This document shows, piece after piece, positions 8,481-16,188 of a DNA stretch of 16,740 nucleotides. Position 1 is the first letter of the stretch; every line of letters begins with the position of its first letter. Both the position numbers and the translations under genes were made by a program. The notes under the pieces are model-generated. The model saw nothing but the letters and a program-made list of their open reading frames with translations. It searched no databases and was not told where the DNA came from. This stretch comes from a bacterium (GTDB taxonomy: Bacteria; Bacillota; Clostridia; TANB77; RGIG9151): contig CAVHFU010000030.1 in the NCBI GenBank assembly GCA_963635575.1, positions 1 to 16,740 of the forward strand. Direction: 5' to 3'.

Positions 8481-8543
8481 AACAATGGGTATGGTGAGTA
8501 CCGTGTAACATTGTTGGTTTCACAATAAGAAGGAGGAATTTAT

Positions 8544-9725
8544 GTGTTAGATTTTGATGTAGAAATGGAACAATTTGCCCAAATTAAGGTAATTGGTGTA
8601 GGTGGTGGCGGTAACAACGCTATTAACCGAATGGTAGAGGGCGGATTAAAAGGAGTTGAATTTTTAGCTGTAAACACTGATAAACAAGCTCTTTTCTTAT
8701 CTAAAGCAAATATGAAGATTCAAATCGGAGATAAGTTGACTAAGGGTCTTGGTGCTGGTTCAGACCCTGACATTGGTCAAAAAGCTGCCGAAGAGAATAG
8801 AGACGAAATCGCAGAAGCCCTAAAAGGTTCAGATATGGTATTCGTTACTGCCGGAATGGGTGGTGGAACTGGTACAGGTGCTGCGCCGGTAGTTGCTGCG
8901 GTTGCTAAGGAATTAGGAATTTTAACAGTAGGTGTTGTAACAAAGCCTTTCACATTTGAAGGAAGAAAGAGAATGGTACAAGCCGAAAAAGGTATTGCAC
9001 AACTAAAAGAAAACGTTGATACATTAATTATCATACCTAATGATAGATTACTTCAAGTAATTCAAAAGAATACATCAATGGTAGAAGCATTTAAGATGGC
9101 CGATGATATTTTACGTCAAGGTGTTCAAGGTATATCTGACCTAATAGCTGTACCTGGACTTGTAAACTTAGACTTTGCAGACGTTAAAACAATAATGTTA
9201 AACACAGGTATTGCACATATGGGTACTGGTCGCGCAACAGGGGAAAACAGAGCAGAAGAAGCTGCTAAACAAGCTGTTCATAGTCCATTACTTGAAACTT
9301 CTATTGAAGGTGCAAGAGGAGTATTATTAAACATCACCGGTGGTTCAGACTTAGGACTATTAGAAGTAAATGCTGCTGCTGAACTTGTACAAAAATCTGC
9401 AGACCCAGAAGCAAATATTATCTTTGGAGCTGTAATTGATGAATCATTAAACGATGAATTACTTATAACAGTAATTGCAACAGGATTTGACAGAGGACTT
9501 GGTTCAATAAATATTCCAACAGCAAAGAAACCTGAATTTTCATCTTTCTTTGGACCAAAGCAAACATCAACAATGTCATCATTAAATAACGGAGGAAACA
9601 ATAATCAAGCAACTCAATCTACAAACAATAATCCACAACCTACATCAAAACCACTTAACAGTATCATTCCAGATGCAGAAAATGATTTAGATATACCTCC
9701 ATTCTTAAGAAAAAATAAAAAGTAA
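8544..9725 (+). CDS. ftsZ: cell division GTPase FtsZ
   Basis: 393-aa ORF with a GTG start 7 nt after AGGAGG (8531-8536). The N-terminus [30 protein letters not shown] is collinear with Bacillus FtsZ (MLEFE...[17 protein letters not shown]). It has the tubulin signature [11 protein letters not shown], an N/Q/P-rich linker and the C-terminal peptide [10 protein letters not shown]. Confidence 0.97.
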   Translation: MLDFDVEMEQFAQIKVIGVGGGGNNAINRMVEGGLKGVEFLAVNTDKQALFLSKANMKIQIGDKLTKGLGAGSDPDIGQKAAEENRDEIAEALKGSDMVFVTAGMGGGTGTGAAPVVAAVAKELGILTVGVVTKPFTFEGRKRMVQAEKGIAQLKENVDTLIIIPNDRLLQVIQKNTSMVEAFKMADDILRQGVQGISDLIAVPGLVNLDFADVKTIMLNTGIAHMGTGRATGENRAEEAAKQAVHSPLLETSIEGARGVLLNITGGSDLGLLEVNAAAELVQKSADPEANIIFGAVIDESLNDELLITVIATGFDRGLGSINIPTAKKPEFSSFFGPKQTSTMSSLNNGGNNNQATQSTNNNPQPTSKPLNSIIPDAENDLDIPPFLRKNKK

Positions 9726-9730
9726 AAACT

Positions 9731-9759
9731 AGAGGCTGAAAAAGCCTCTTTAATTTTTT
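9731..9759 (+). terminator. rho-independent terminator after ftsZ
   Basis: AGAGGCT (9731-9737) pairs with AGCCTCT (9743-9749), with a 5-nt loop, followed by TTAATTTTTT. It is immediately followed by a second 11-bp hairpin (9761-9789) that has no U-tract. Confidence 0.75.
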
Positions 9760-9987
9760 CTGCCCAAAAGGGACGGTTCTTTTTGGGCAAGAAAAACAAG
9801 TCGTGTAGTTAGCTAAAAAAGCTACTTCCGCGATTTTCCCTTTGTAGACCTGTCCCAAGTGGTCAATAAGATAGTGTAATTTTTTAGATCACATAGCATA
9901 CAATATAGCAAACGATGAAATGGGTGAATTAAAAAAGTAATTTCCGTTTGTGAAACGATGAAACGTAAGAAAAAAATAAAAAAGTAC

Positions 9988-10016
9988 TTGAAATTGTGAT
10001 TAAAAAATGCTATATT
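9988..10016 (+). promoter_or_regulatory. strong sigmaA-type promoter for tRNA-Cys
   Basis: TTGAAA (9988-9993), 17 nt spacer, TATATT (10011-10016), with TG at 10008-10009 (extended -10). The A-rich region upstream is UP-element-like. The predicted TSS is about 10 nt before the mature tRNA 5' end. Confidence 0.65.
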
Positions 10017-10033
10017 ATTAAAGCAATGGTTAT

Positions 10034-10107
<74 letters not shown>

Positions 10108-10146
10108 AAAATTCCGGATGCGTTGGCATTCGGAATTTTATTTTTT
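10108..10146 (+). terminator. intrinsic terminator immediately after tRNA-Cys and abutting the mfd RBS
   Basis: A continuous 14-bp stem (10108-10121 with 10126-10139, one G-U pair) with a GTTG loop, followed by A then T6 (10141-10146). The mfd RBS AAGGAG starts at 10147. Confidence 0.75.
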
Positions 10147-10161
10147 AAGGAGTAATAGCAT

Positions 10162-13100
10162 ATGAGTGTATTTGGAGAAATTTTAAATAATATACCTAGC
10201 TATAGAGAAATAGCAAAGTCAATATCTAATAATTCTGTGGTGGTAAATGGTCTGGCTGACGTTCAAAAACGTCATTTTGCATATGGAATTGCAAAAGACA
10301 AAAACAGACCTTTTGTTTTTATTGCCCAAAACGAGGCGGATATAGATAACGTAATAAATGACATTGAATTTTTTACAGGAAAGGAAATTAATTATTTACC
10401 AGAAGAAAATGCAAGATTTCAAGTCGGCACAAAAAGTAAAGATATTTATATTAAAAGGGCAAAAATTTTCGAAAAACTGCTACTTGGAGAAAAGCCTAAT
10501 TTAGTAGTTACATCAGGTATAGTTTTAAACCTTTTCTCAAAGCTTGATACTTTTAAAAAGAATAAAATAAAAATAGAAACAGGGAAAATATATAGCATTG
10601 ATACATTAAGTGAAATACTTGTAAAATGTGGTTATGAAAGAACTGATATTGTAGAAGGTGTAGGTCAATTTTCTGTACGTGGTGGGATACTAGATGTGTA
10701 TTCTCCAACAGCACAAAATCCATACAGAGTAGAGTTCTTTGATGACGAAGTCGACTCTATTAGAATATTTGATAGCATAAGCCAAAGAACAATTGAAAAA
10801 GTAGGAGTAATAGATATATTTCCTGTAAGTAACGAAGAAACGGTAGAGGATACAGTACCATTTTTAGAGTATTTACCGGAAGACTATATGATTTTTATAG
10901 AAGAACCTCAAAGATTGATGGACAAAATAGACACTATGATTTTTGAGTATCAAGAGTTAATTGATAAAGTTGAGGATGAAAATACTTTACCGAAGAGAAT
11001 ATTTTCCAGAGAAGAAATTTTTAATTGCTTATTTGATAGAAAAGCTGTATTTTTATCTACATTAGAGACAAGACTTAAAGAGTTTTCAAGAGTAGAAAAG
11101 TTTTCTTTATTAAGTCGCGAAATAACAGGCTTCGGAAATTCTTTTGATAACTTGGCTAAAGCAATAAGTGAATGGAAAAATCAAGGATATAGAGCGGTTA
11201 TACTTGCAGGTACAGAAACTAAAGGAAAAAACGTATGTAAGGAACTACTTGAACAAGGCATAGAAACAATATATACAGACGATTTAACGAGATTGCCGAA
11301 TGAAGGAAGCATATATATAACTCATGGAAATTTAACTTCAGGTTTTGAATATCCTGAGGTTAAAATTGCAATAATAAGTGATAACGAACTATTTGGAAGC
11401 GATAAGAAAAAGAAGAAAAACAAAAAAACCGGAATACCTATAAAAATAGACGAACTAAAAGTTGGAGATTATATCGTGCACGAAAAGCATGGAATAGGAA
11501 TTTACTTAGGCATAGAAACATTAAACGCAGCCGGAGTAGTCAAAGATTATATAAAGATAGCATATGCAAAAGGTGATATGTTATATATTCCGGTAAACCA
11601 AATGGAAAATATAACAAAATATATCGGTTCTGATGGTCGTGTGCCTAAAATAAATAAAATGGGCGGACAAGAATGGTCGGCAGTAAAGGCTAAAGTAAGA
11701 GCCGGCTTAAAAGATGTAGCAGACAGTTTAGTAAAGCTTTACGCAAAACGTGAAATGTCTAAAGGTTTTGCATTTTCAAAAGATACAGTTTGGCAAACTC
11801 AATTTGAGGACAGTTTTATTTATGAAGAAACAGATGACCAATTAAGATGTATTGAAGAAATAAAGAAGGATATGGAGCGAGAACGTCCTATGGACAGGCT
11901 TCTTTGCGGAGATGTTGGATATGGAAAAACAGAGGTGGCAATACGTGCTGCATTTAAGGCTGTAATGGACAGCAAACAAGTAGCCTACTTAGCGCCAACG
12001 ACAGTTTTAGCATCGCAACATTATCATTCGTTTGTAAAACGTATGAAAGATTATCCTATAAAAATACAAGTCATAAGCAGACTTCGTTCACCAAAAGAGC
12101 AAAAGGAAATTCTTAAAAAGCTAAAGAATGGTGAAATAGACATCTTAATAGGAACTCACAGAATAATTCAAAAAGATGTTATATTTAAAGATTTAGGTTT
12201 ACTTATAATAGACGAAGAGCAAAAATTCGGTGTAATGGATAAAGAAAAAATAAAAATGATAAAGGAAAATGTAGATGTGCTTACATTAACTGCCACCCCA
12301 ATCCCAAGAACACTTCATATGTCTATGGTAGGAGTAAAAGACGTAAGTGTAATATATGAGCCACCGTCCGACAGAAATCCTGTTCAGACCTATGTTTTTG
12401 AATATGATAAAGGAATAATAAGAGAGGCAATAGTTCGTGAAATAGAACGAAAAGGTCAAGTTTATTATTTATACAATAAAGTAGAAGACATAGATAAAGT
12501 AGCCGTGAAAATTCAAGAAGAGATACCTTGGGCAAGGGTAACTTTTGCACATGGAAAGATGAATCCAACCGAATTAGAAAATATAATGATGAGCTTTGCA
12601 GAAAATGAATATGACGTATTAGTTTGTACAACAATAATAGATTCGGGAGTAGATATTCCTAACGTAAATACAATAATAGTAGAAAATGCCGAAAATCTAG
12701 GCCTTTCACAACTATATCAGTTAAGAGGAAGAGTTGGACGTTCAAACAGGATAGCATATGCATATATAACTTACAGAAAAAATAAAGTTTTATCCGAAAT
12801 TGCAACCAAAAGACTTAATGCAATTCGTGAATTTACTGAATTTGGCTCGGGATTTAAAATTGCAATGCGTGACTTAGAAATAAGAGGCGCAGGAAACCTT
12901 ATAGGTGCACAACAACACGGACATATGGATGCTGTTGGTTACGACACATACTGCAAGATTTTAGAGAGCATGATAAAGGAACTAAAGGGAGAAAAGGTCG
13001 TACAAGAAGAAAAAGAATCGGTAATAGTTGATTTAAACATAAACGCGTATATTAGTGAGAAATATATAAAGAGTGAAGTTCAAAAAATGGAGATGTATCA

Positions 13101-13455
13101 AAAAATTTCTAAAGCAGACAATATAGAAGAATTAATGGATATTACTGATGAGTTGACAGACAGATATGGGGATATTCCTAAAGAAACTATGCGTTTACTT
13201 AAGATTGTGGAGATAAAATATTTAGCAAACAAGTTAAATATAACTTCAATTGAAGAAAAGAACAAAAATGTATTTTTCTATTTTAAAAACGGGAACTCAA
13301 TTGACGTTGAAAAACTTAGTGAAGTAATGAAGAAATTAAGAGGAAGAATATTATTCTCGGCTGGTGAAAAGCCATATATTACTTTAAATATTGATGATGA
13401 TTCCGAAGATGACTTACTAAAAAATATTAAGTTTTTGTTACAGTCAATAAATTAG
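10162..13455 (+). CDS. mfd: transcription-repair coupling factor Mfd
   Basis: 1097-aa ORF with AAGGAG (10147-10152) 9 nt before the ATG. It has a UvrB-homology N-terminal region and the RNAP-interaction domain LKVGDYIVHEKHGIGIYLGIE. SF2 translocase motifs are present: GDVGYGKTEVA (Walker A), IIDEEQKFG (DExx), LTLTATPIPRT and QLRGRVGRS. A TRG-like segment and a C-terminal autoinhibitory domain are also present. Confidence 0.96.
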   Translation: MSVFGEILNNIPSYREIAKSISNNSVVVNGLADVQKRHFAYGIAKDKNRPFVFIAQNEADIDNVINDIEFFTGKEINYLPEENARFQVGTKSKDIYIKRAKIFEKLLLGEKPNLVVTSGIVLNLFSKLDTFKKNKIKIETGKIYSIDTLSEILVKCGYERTDIVEGVGQFSVRGGILDVYSPTAQNPYRVEFFDDEVDSIRIFDSISQRTIEKVGVIDIFPVSNEETVEDTVPFLEYLPEDYMIFIEEPQRLMDKIDTMIFEYQELIDKVEDENTLPKRIFSREEIFNCLFDRKAVFLSTLETRLKEFSRVEKFSLLSREITGFGNSFDNLAKAISEWKNQGYRAVILAGTETKGKNVCKELLEQGIETIYTDDLTRLPNEGSIYITHGNLTSGFEYPEVKIAIISDNELFGSDKKKKKNKKTGIPIKIDELKVGDYIVHEKHGIGIYLGIETLNAAGVVKDYIKIAYAKGDMLYIPVNQMENITKYIGSDGRVPKINKMGGQEWSAVKAKVRAGLKDVADSLVKLYAKREMSKGFAFSKDTVWQTQFEDSFIYEETDDQLRCIEEIKKDMERERPMDRLLCGDVGYGKTEVAIRAAFKAVMDSKQVAYLAPTTVLASQHYHSFVKRMKDYPIKIQVISRLRSPKEQKEILKKLKNGEIDILIGTHRIIQKDVIFKDLGLLIIDEEQKFGVMDKEKIKMIKENVDVLTLTATPIPRTLHMSMVGVKDVSVIYEPPSDRNPVQTYVFEYDKGIIREAIVREIERKGQVYYLYNKVEDIDKVAVKIQEEIPWARVTFAHGKMNPTELENIMMSFAENEYDVLVCTTIIDSGVDIPNVNTIIVENAENLGLSQLYQLRGRVGRSNRIAYAYITYRKNKVLSEIATKRLNAIREFTEFGSGFKIAMRDLEIRGAGNLIGAQQHGHMDAVGYDTYCKILESMIKELKGEKVVQEEKESVIVDLNINAYISEKYIKSEVQKMEMYQKISKADNIEELMDITDELTDRYGDIPKETMRLLKIVEIKYLANKLNITSIEEKNKNVFFYFKNGNSIDVEKLSEVMKKLRGRILFSAGEKPYITLNIDDDSEDDLLKNIKFLLQSIN

Positions 13456-13484
13456 TTGAAGAACGAGCCTTCATCATATATAAT
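13456..13484 (+). promoter_or_regulatory. sigmaA-type promoter for the first prsA-like gene
   Basis: TTGAAG (13456-13461), 17 nt spacer, a perfect TATAAT (13479-13484). It begins right after the mfd stop and lies about 45 nt upstream of ATG 13531. Confidence 0.55.
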
Positions 13485-13530
13485 TTAGCTGTAAATATTT
13501 TGATAAATTTGTGAAAGGAAGGACAGACTT

Positions 13531-14508
13531 ATGAAATCAAAAAAAGGCGTAATAATACCTTTGATAATAACAATTGTTTTATTAGTTGCTGTTGCAGCAG
13601 GATATTTGTATATTTATGACAATGACTACGTATTAAAAATTAATGGTCAAAAGGTTACAATGATTGAATTTAACACTTATTTAACTTTGCAAAAGAAAAC
13701 ACTAGAACAACAATACGGAGAAAATGTGTGGAACATATTAATAAAAGATGCTCCTGCAATTGAAGCTGCAAGAGATGGAGCAAAACAAGCTATAGTAGAT
13801 ACTAAGGTAAAAGTTCAAAAGGCAAAAGAAATGAACATTTCTTTGACATCTGAAGAAAAGCAACTAATAAAAACAGCAGTTCAATATAATGGTCAAAAAA
13901 TAATTGATGAGTATAACATTACTTTTGAAGAACTTCTTAGAATTAATGAAGAATATGCTATGATTAGTAAGCTAGAAACTGAATTATATAAGCAAGTAGA
14001 TCATAGTACTCATACACATGGAAAAATTGATATAGCTAACTATGAGGCCGGAAATGAAACAGGTACAACAACATTCGATTCAAGACATATTCTCTTTAGC
14101 ACTAAAAACTTAAGTGCAGACGAAGAAAATGTTATAAAAGAAAAAGCACAAAGTGTGTTAAATAGAATAAAAAACGGCGAAGACTTCGCAACACTCGCTA
14201 AGGAATATAGTGAAGATCCGGGTTCAAAGGACAACGGTGGATTATATGAAGGAATTGGACTTGGAAGTTTCGTAAGCGAGTATGAAAATGCTGTAATGGC
14301 TATAAATGACGGAGAAGTTTATCCTGAATTAGTAAAGTCATCTCATGGATATCATATAATAAAAAGAGAAAAGATAACGTCTTCTGAATATTTAAGTTCA
14401 AGTGAAACACAGAATGTTTTAGCAACAGAACTTGAGGAAAAAGCAGAAGAATGGATAAAAGAAGCTGAAATAGAAGTAAATGAACAACAATATAATTCAG
14501 CACAATAA
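13531..14508 (+). CDS. PrsA-like extracytoplasmic foldase (parvulin-type peptidyl-prolyl isomerase), N-terminal TM anchor
   Basis: 325-aa ORF with a GAAAGGAAGGA RBS. The N-terminus MKSKKGVIIPLIITIVLLVAVAAGYLY is a signal-anchor with no lipobox Cys. It has a SurA/PrsA-type N-terminal helical domain and the PpiC/parvulin core SRHILF...NGEDFATLAKEYSEDPGSKDNGGLY...F...Y....M....GEV.P.LVKSSHGYHIIK. Its position after mfd is typical for Clostridia-type prsA. Confidence 0.88.
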   Translation: MKSKKGVIIPLIITIVLLVAVAAGYLYIYDNDYVLKINGQKVTMIEFNTYLTLQKKTLEQQYGENVWNILIKDAPAIEAARDGAKQAIVDTKVKVQKAKEMNISLTSEEKQLIKTAVQYNGQKIIDEYNITFEELLRINEEYAMISKLETELYKQVDHSTHTHGKIDIANYEAGNETGTTTFDSRHILFSTKNLSADEENVIKEKAQSVLNRIKNGEDFATLAKEYSEDPGSKDNGGLYEGIGLGSFVSEYENAVMAINDGEVYPELVKSSHGYHIIKREKITSSEYLSSSETQNVLATELEEKAEEWIKEAEIEVNEQQYNSAQ

Positions 14509-14510
14509 CC

Positions 14511-14542
14511 AAAAAGTCCTCACCATGCGGTGGGGATTTTTT
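14511..14542 (+). terminator. rho-independent terminator after the first prsA-like gene
   Basis: AAAAAG, then TCCTCACC (14517-14524), ATGC loop, GGTGGGGA (14529-14536, one G-U pair), then T6 (14537-14542). Confidence 0.85.
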
Positions 14543-14557
14543 GTATTTAAATTACCA

Positions 14558-14586
14558 TTGCAAAAGTAAAATTAAAAGTTTAGAAT
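14558..14586 (+). promoter_or_regulatory. sigmaA-type promoter for the SLH-PrsA gene
   Basis: TTGCAA (14558-14563), 17 nt spacer, TAGAAT (14581-14586), about 30 nt before the AAGGAGG RBS (14606-14612). Confidence 0.5.
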
Positions 14587-14618
14587 AAACTTAGCAAATA
14601 AATTTAAGGAGGATACAT

Positions 14619-16109
14619 ATGAAAAAATTTTTATTAAGTGCTGCAATTTGTACAACTCTTTTTACAACAAGTGCATTTGCATTTAGCGATGTACCTGAGA
14701 AGTTTTGGGCATATGATGCAATAAAATTTATGGAAGAAAGAAATGTAGTTAGTGGTTTTGCTGAAGATGGTACATTTAGACCGAGCGACTCTGCAACACG
14801 TGAACAGACAGCTACAATACTTGGAAACTTTTTCGGCTTAGAGTTGAAAAACAAAGCAAAAATTTATAATGATGTAAATAGTTCAGACTGGTCATATAAG
14901 TATGTTAACATAGCTTCTCAATATTTATATGACGAAGATGCCAAAAGTTTTAGGCCCCAAGAATTAGCTACTAGAATAGAGATAGCAGAAGCGGTAGTAA
15001 GAATTTTAGGACTAGATTTAGAAGAACCTAACATAGGGTTAATAGAAGACTTTAAGGACTATAATGAGTTCCTCGATGAAGATAAGGATACAATTGCTTT
15101 AGTAGTAGAAAATGGAATAATGAAAGGCTATGATGATGGAACTTTTCAGTCAAACGGTAAGATAACAAGGGCGGAAATTTGTTCATTATTATATAATGCA
15201 TTTGGTGGAAGAAATGAGTTATTATCTAAAAATGACGATAAAACAGCTTTAACCGTAAATGGCGAGAATGTTTCGATAAAAGAATTTAACTTATATTTCA
15301 ATGTTCAAAAAAAATTATTTGAACTATTATTTAAAACATCAGATATTTGGACACAAGAGATTCAAAATACAGTATTGTATTCATATTGTAAAGATGCAAC
15401 GAGAGAAGAAATAGCGAAGATAAAAATAGTAATGCAAAAAGCAGAGGAATTAGGGATAAAGCTTGACAAAAGCACTGAAGAAAAATTAAAAGAGCAATCG
15501 ACTTCAAAAGAGTCTGAAGCACTTTGTGAATATTATGGAATAACAAACGATGAACTATTAAAAATATTAGAAGAATCGGCAACAAATGAATTAGTTGCAA
15601 AGTATATGTATGATAAAATAGACCATACTAATCACACGCATAGAGATATTAATGCTCCAAAAGAGGAATTTAGTTACGGCATAAGGCACATCTTAATTTT
15701 AACCGCAGACAGAACAGAAGCAGAAAAGGAAATGGCAAAAGAATGTGCGGAAAACATATTCGTACGCGTAAATAATGGAGAAGATTTTGCAAAATTGGCG
15801 AATGAGTGTAGTGAAGACCCTGGCTCAAATAAAAACGGTGGGTTATATGAAAATGTAAAACTTGGGGACTTTGTTAGTGAAATAGAAGAAGTAGCTGTAA
15901 ATGGAGAAGTTGGCGAAATTTATCAAAATTTGGTAAAAACTGACTACGGATACCATATAGTAAAAGTAGAAGGGAAAAGAACAGAAAAAGTCCAGTTGAC
16001 AGAAGAGGAAAAACTTACAATAATTACAGCTGACTTTGAAGAAATAGTAACAAAATGGCTTGAAGAGGCAAATGTGGTGGACAACAAAGAAGTTTTTGAA
16101 AGAATTTAA
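14619..16109 (+). CDS. secreted SLH-domain (x3) protein fused to a PrsA-like parvulin peptidyl-prolyl isomerase
   Basis: 496-aa ORF with the cleavable signal peptide MKKFLLSAAICTTLFTTSAFA. Three SLH-like repeats span about aa 22-197 (nt 14682-15209): FSDVPEKFWAYDAIKFMEERNVVSGF.DGTFRP...TREQTATIL; YNDV..SDWSYKYVNIA........FRPQELATRIEIAEAVVRIL; F.D......DKDTIALVVENGIMKGYDDGTFQSNGKITRAEICSLLYNAF. A region collinear with the upstream paralogue follows, including the parvulin core IRHILI...NGEDFAKLANECSEDPGSNKNGGLY...KTDYGYHIVK. Confidence 0.88.
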   Translation: MKKFLLSAAICTTLFTTSAFAFSDVPEKFWAYDAIKFMEERNVVSGFAEDGTFRPSDSATREQTATILGNFFGLELKNKAKIYNDVNSSDWSYKYVNIASQYLYDEDAKSFRPQELATRIEIAEAVVRILGLDLEEPNIGLIEDFKDYNEFLDEDKDTIALVVENGIMKGYDDGTFQSNGKITRAEICSLLYNAFGGRNELLSKNDDKTALTVNGENVSIKEFNLYFNVQKKLFELLFKTSDIWTQEIQNTVLYSYCKDATREEIAKIKIVMQKAEELGIKLDKSTEEKLKEQSTSKESEALCEYYGITNDELLKILEESATNELVAKYMYDKIDHTNHTHRDINAPKEEFSYGIRHILILTADRTEAEKEMAKECAENIFVRVNNGEDFAKLANECSEDPGSNKNGGLYENVKLGDFVSEIEEVAVNGEVGEIYQNLVKTDYGYHIVKVEGKRTEKVQLTEEEKLTIITADFEEIVTKWLEEANVVDNKEVFERI

Positions 16110-16122
16110 TTTTTATAATTAT

Positions 16123-16152
16123 GTATAATATTGTCGCTTTTTATAGATACTA
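16123..16152 (+). promoter_or_regulatory. candidate forespore sigmaG-type promoter upstream of spoVT
   Basis: GTATA (16123-16127), 18 nt spacer, GATACTA (16146-16152). The published sigmaG consensus is GHATR-18-CATXHTA, so the -35 matches fully and the -10 matches 6 of 7 positions. It lies about 37 nt upstream of the spoVT start. B. subtilis spoVT is sigmaG-dependent. Confidence 0.35.
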
Positions 16153-16188
16153 CTATCAAATGAAAAAATCGTTAAGGAGGTAGTAACA

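Noticed and set aside
9614-9858. Two overlapping minus-strand ORFs (61 and 64 aa) spanning the ftsZ 3' end and terminator region, possibly a small antisense gene or sRNA.
   Set aside because: They run through the ftsZ terminator hairpins and overlap the ftsZ coding end. I found no minus-strand -35/-10 pair with acceptable spacing (TTGACC at about 9864 has only a 14-nt spacer to TACAAA) and no SD. The hairpin at 9761-9789 lacks a U-tract in either orientation.
9915-9999. Two mini-ORFs that start within the AAACGATGAAA repeats: MKWVN (9915-9932) and MKRKKKIKKYLKL (9958-9999).
   Set aside because: Neither has a Shine-Dalgarno sequence. The second is lysine-rich simply because the DNA is A-rich, and it overlaps the tRNA promoter -35. 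They are too short to support as genes from sequence alone.
11401-11430. A-rich tract in mfd encoding DKKKKKNKKTG, including an A7 run (11422-11428). This could be a slippage or phase-variation site.
   Set aside because: The homopolymer is short and interrupted. The reading frame is intact across it. It encodes a plausible flexible basic linker just before the RNAP-interaction domain. Nothing suggests frameshifting.
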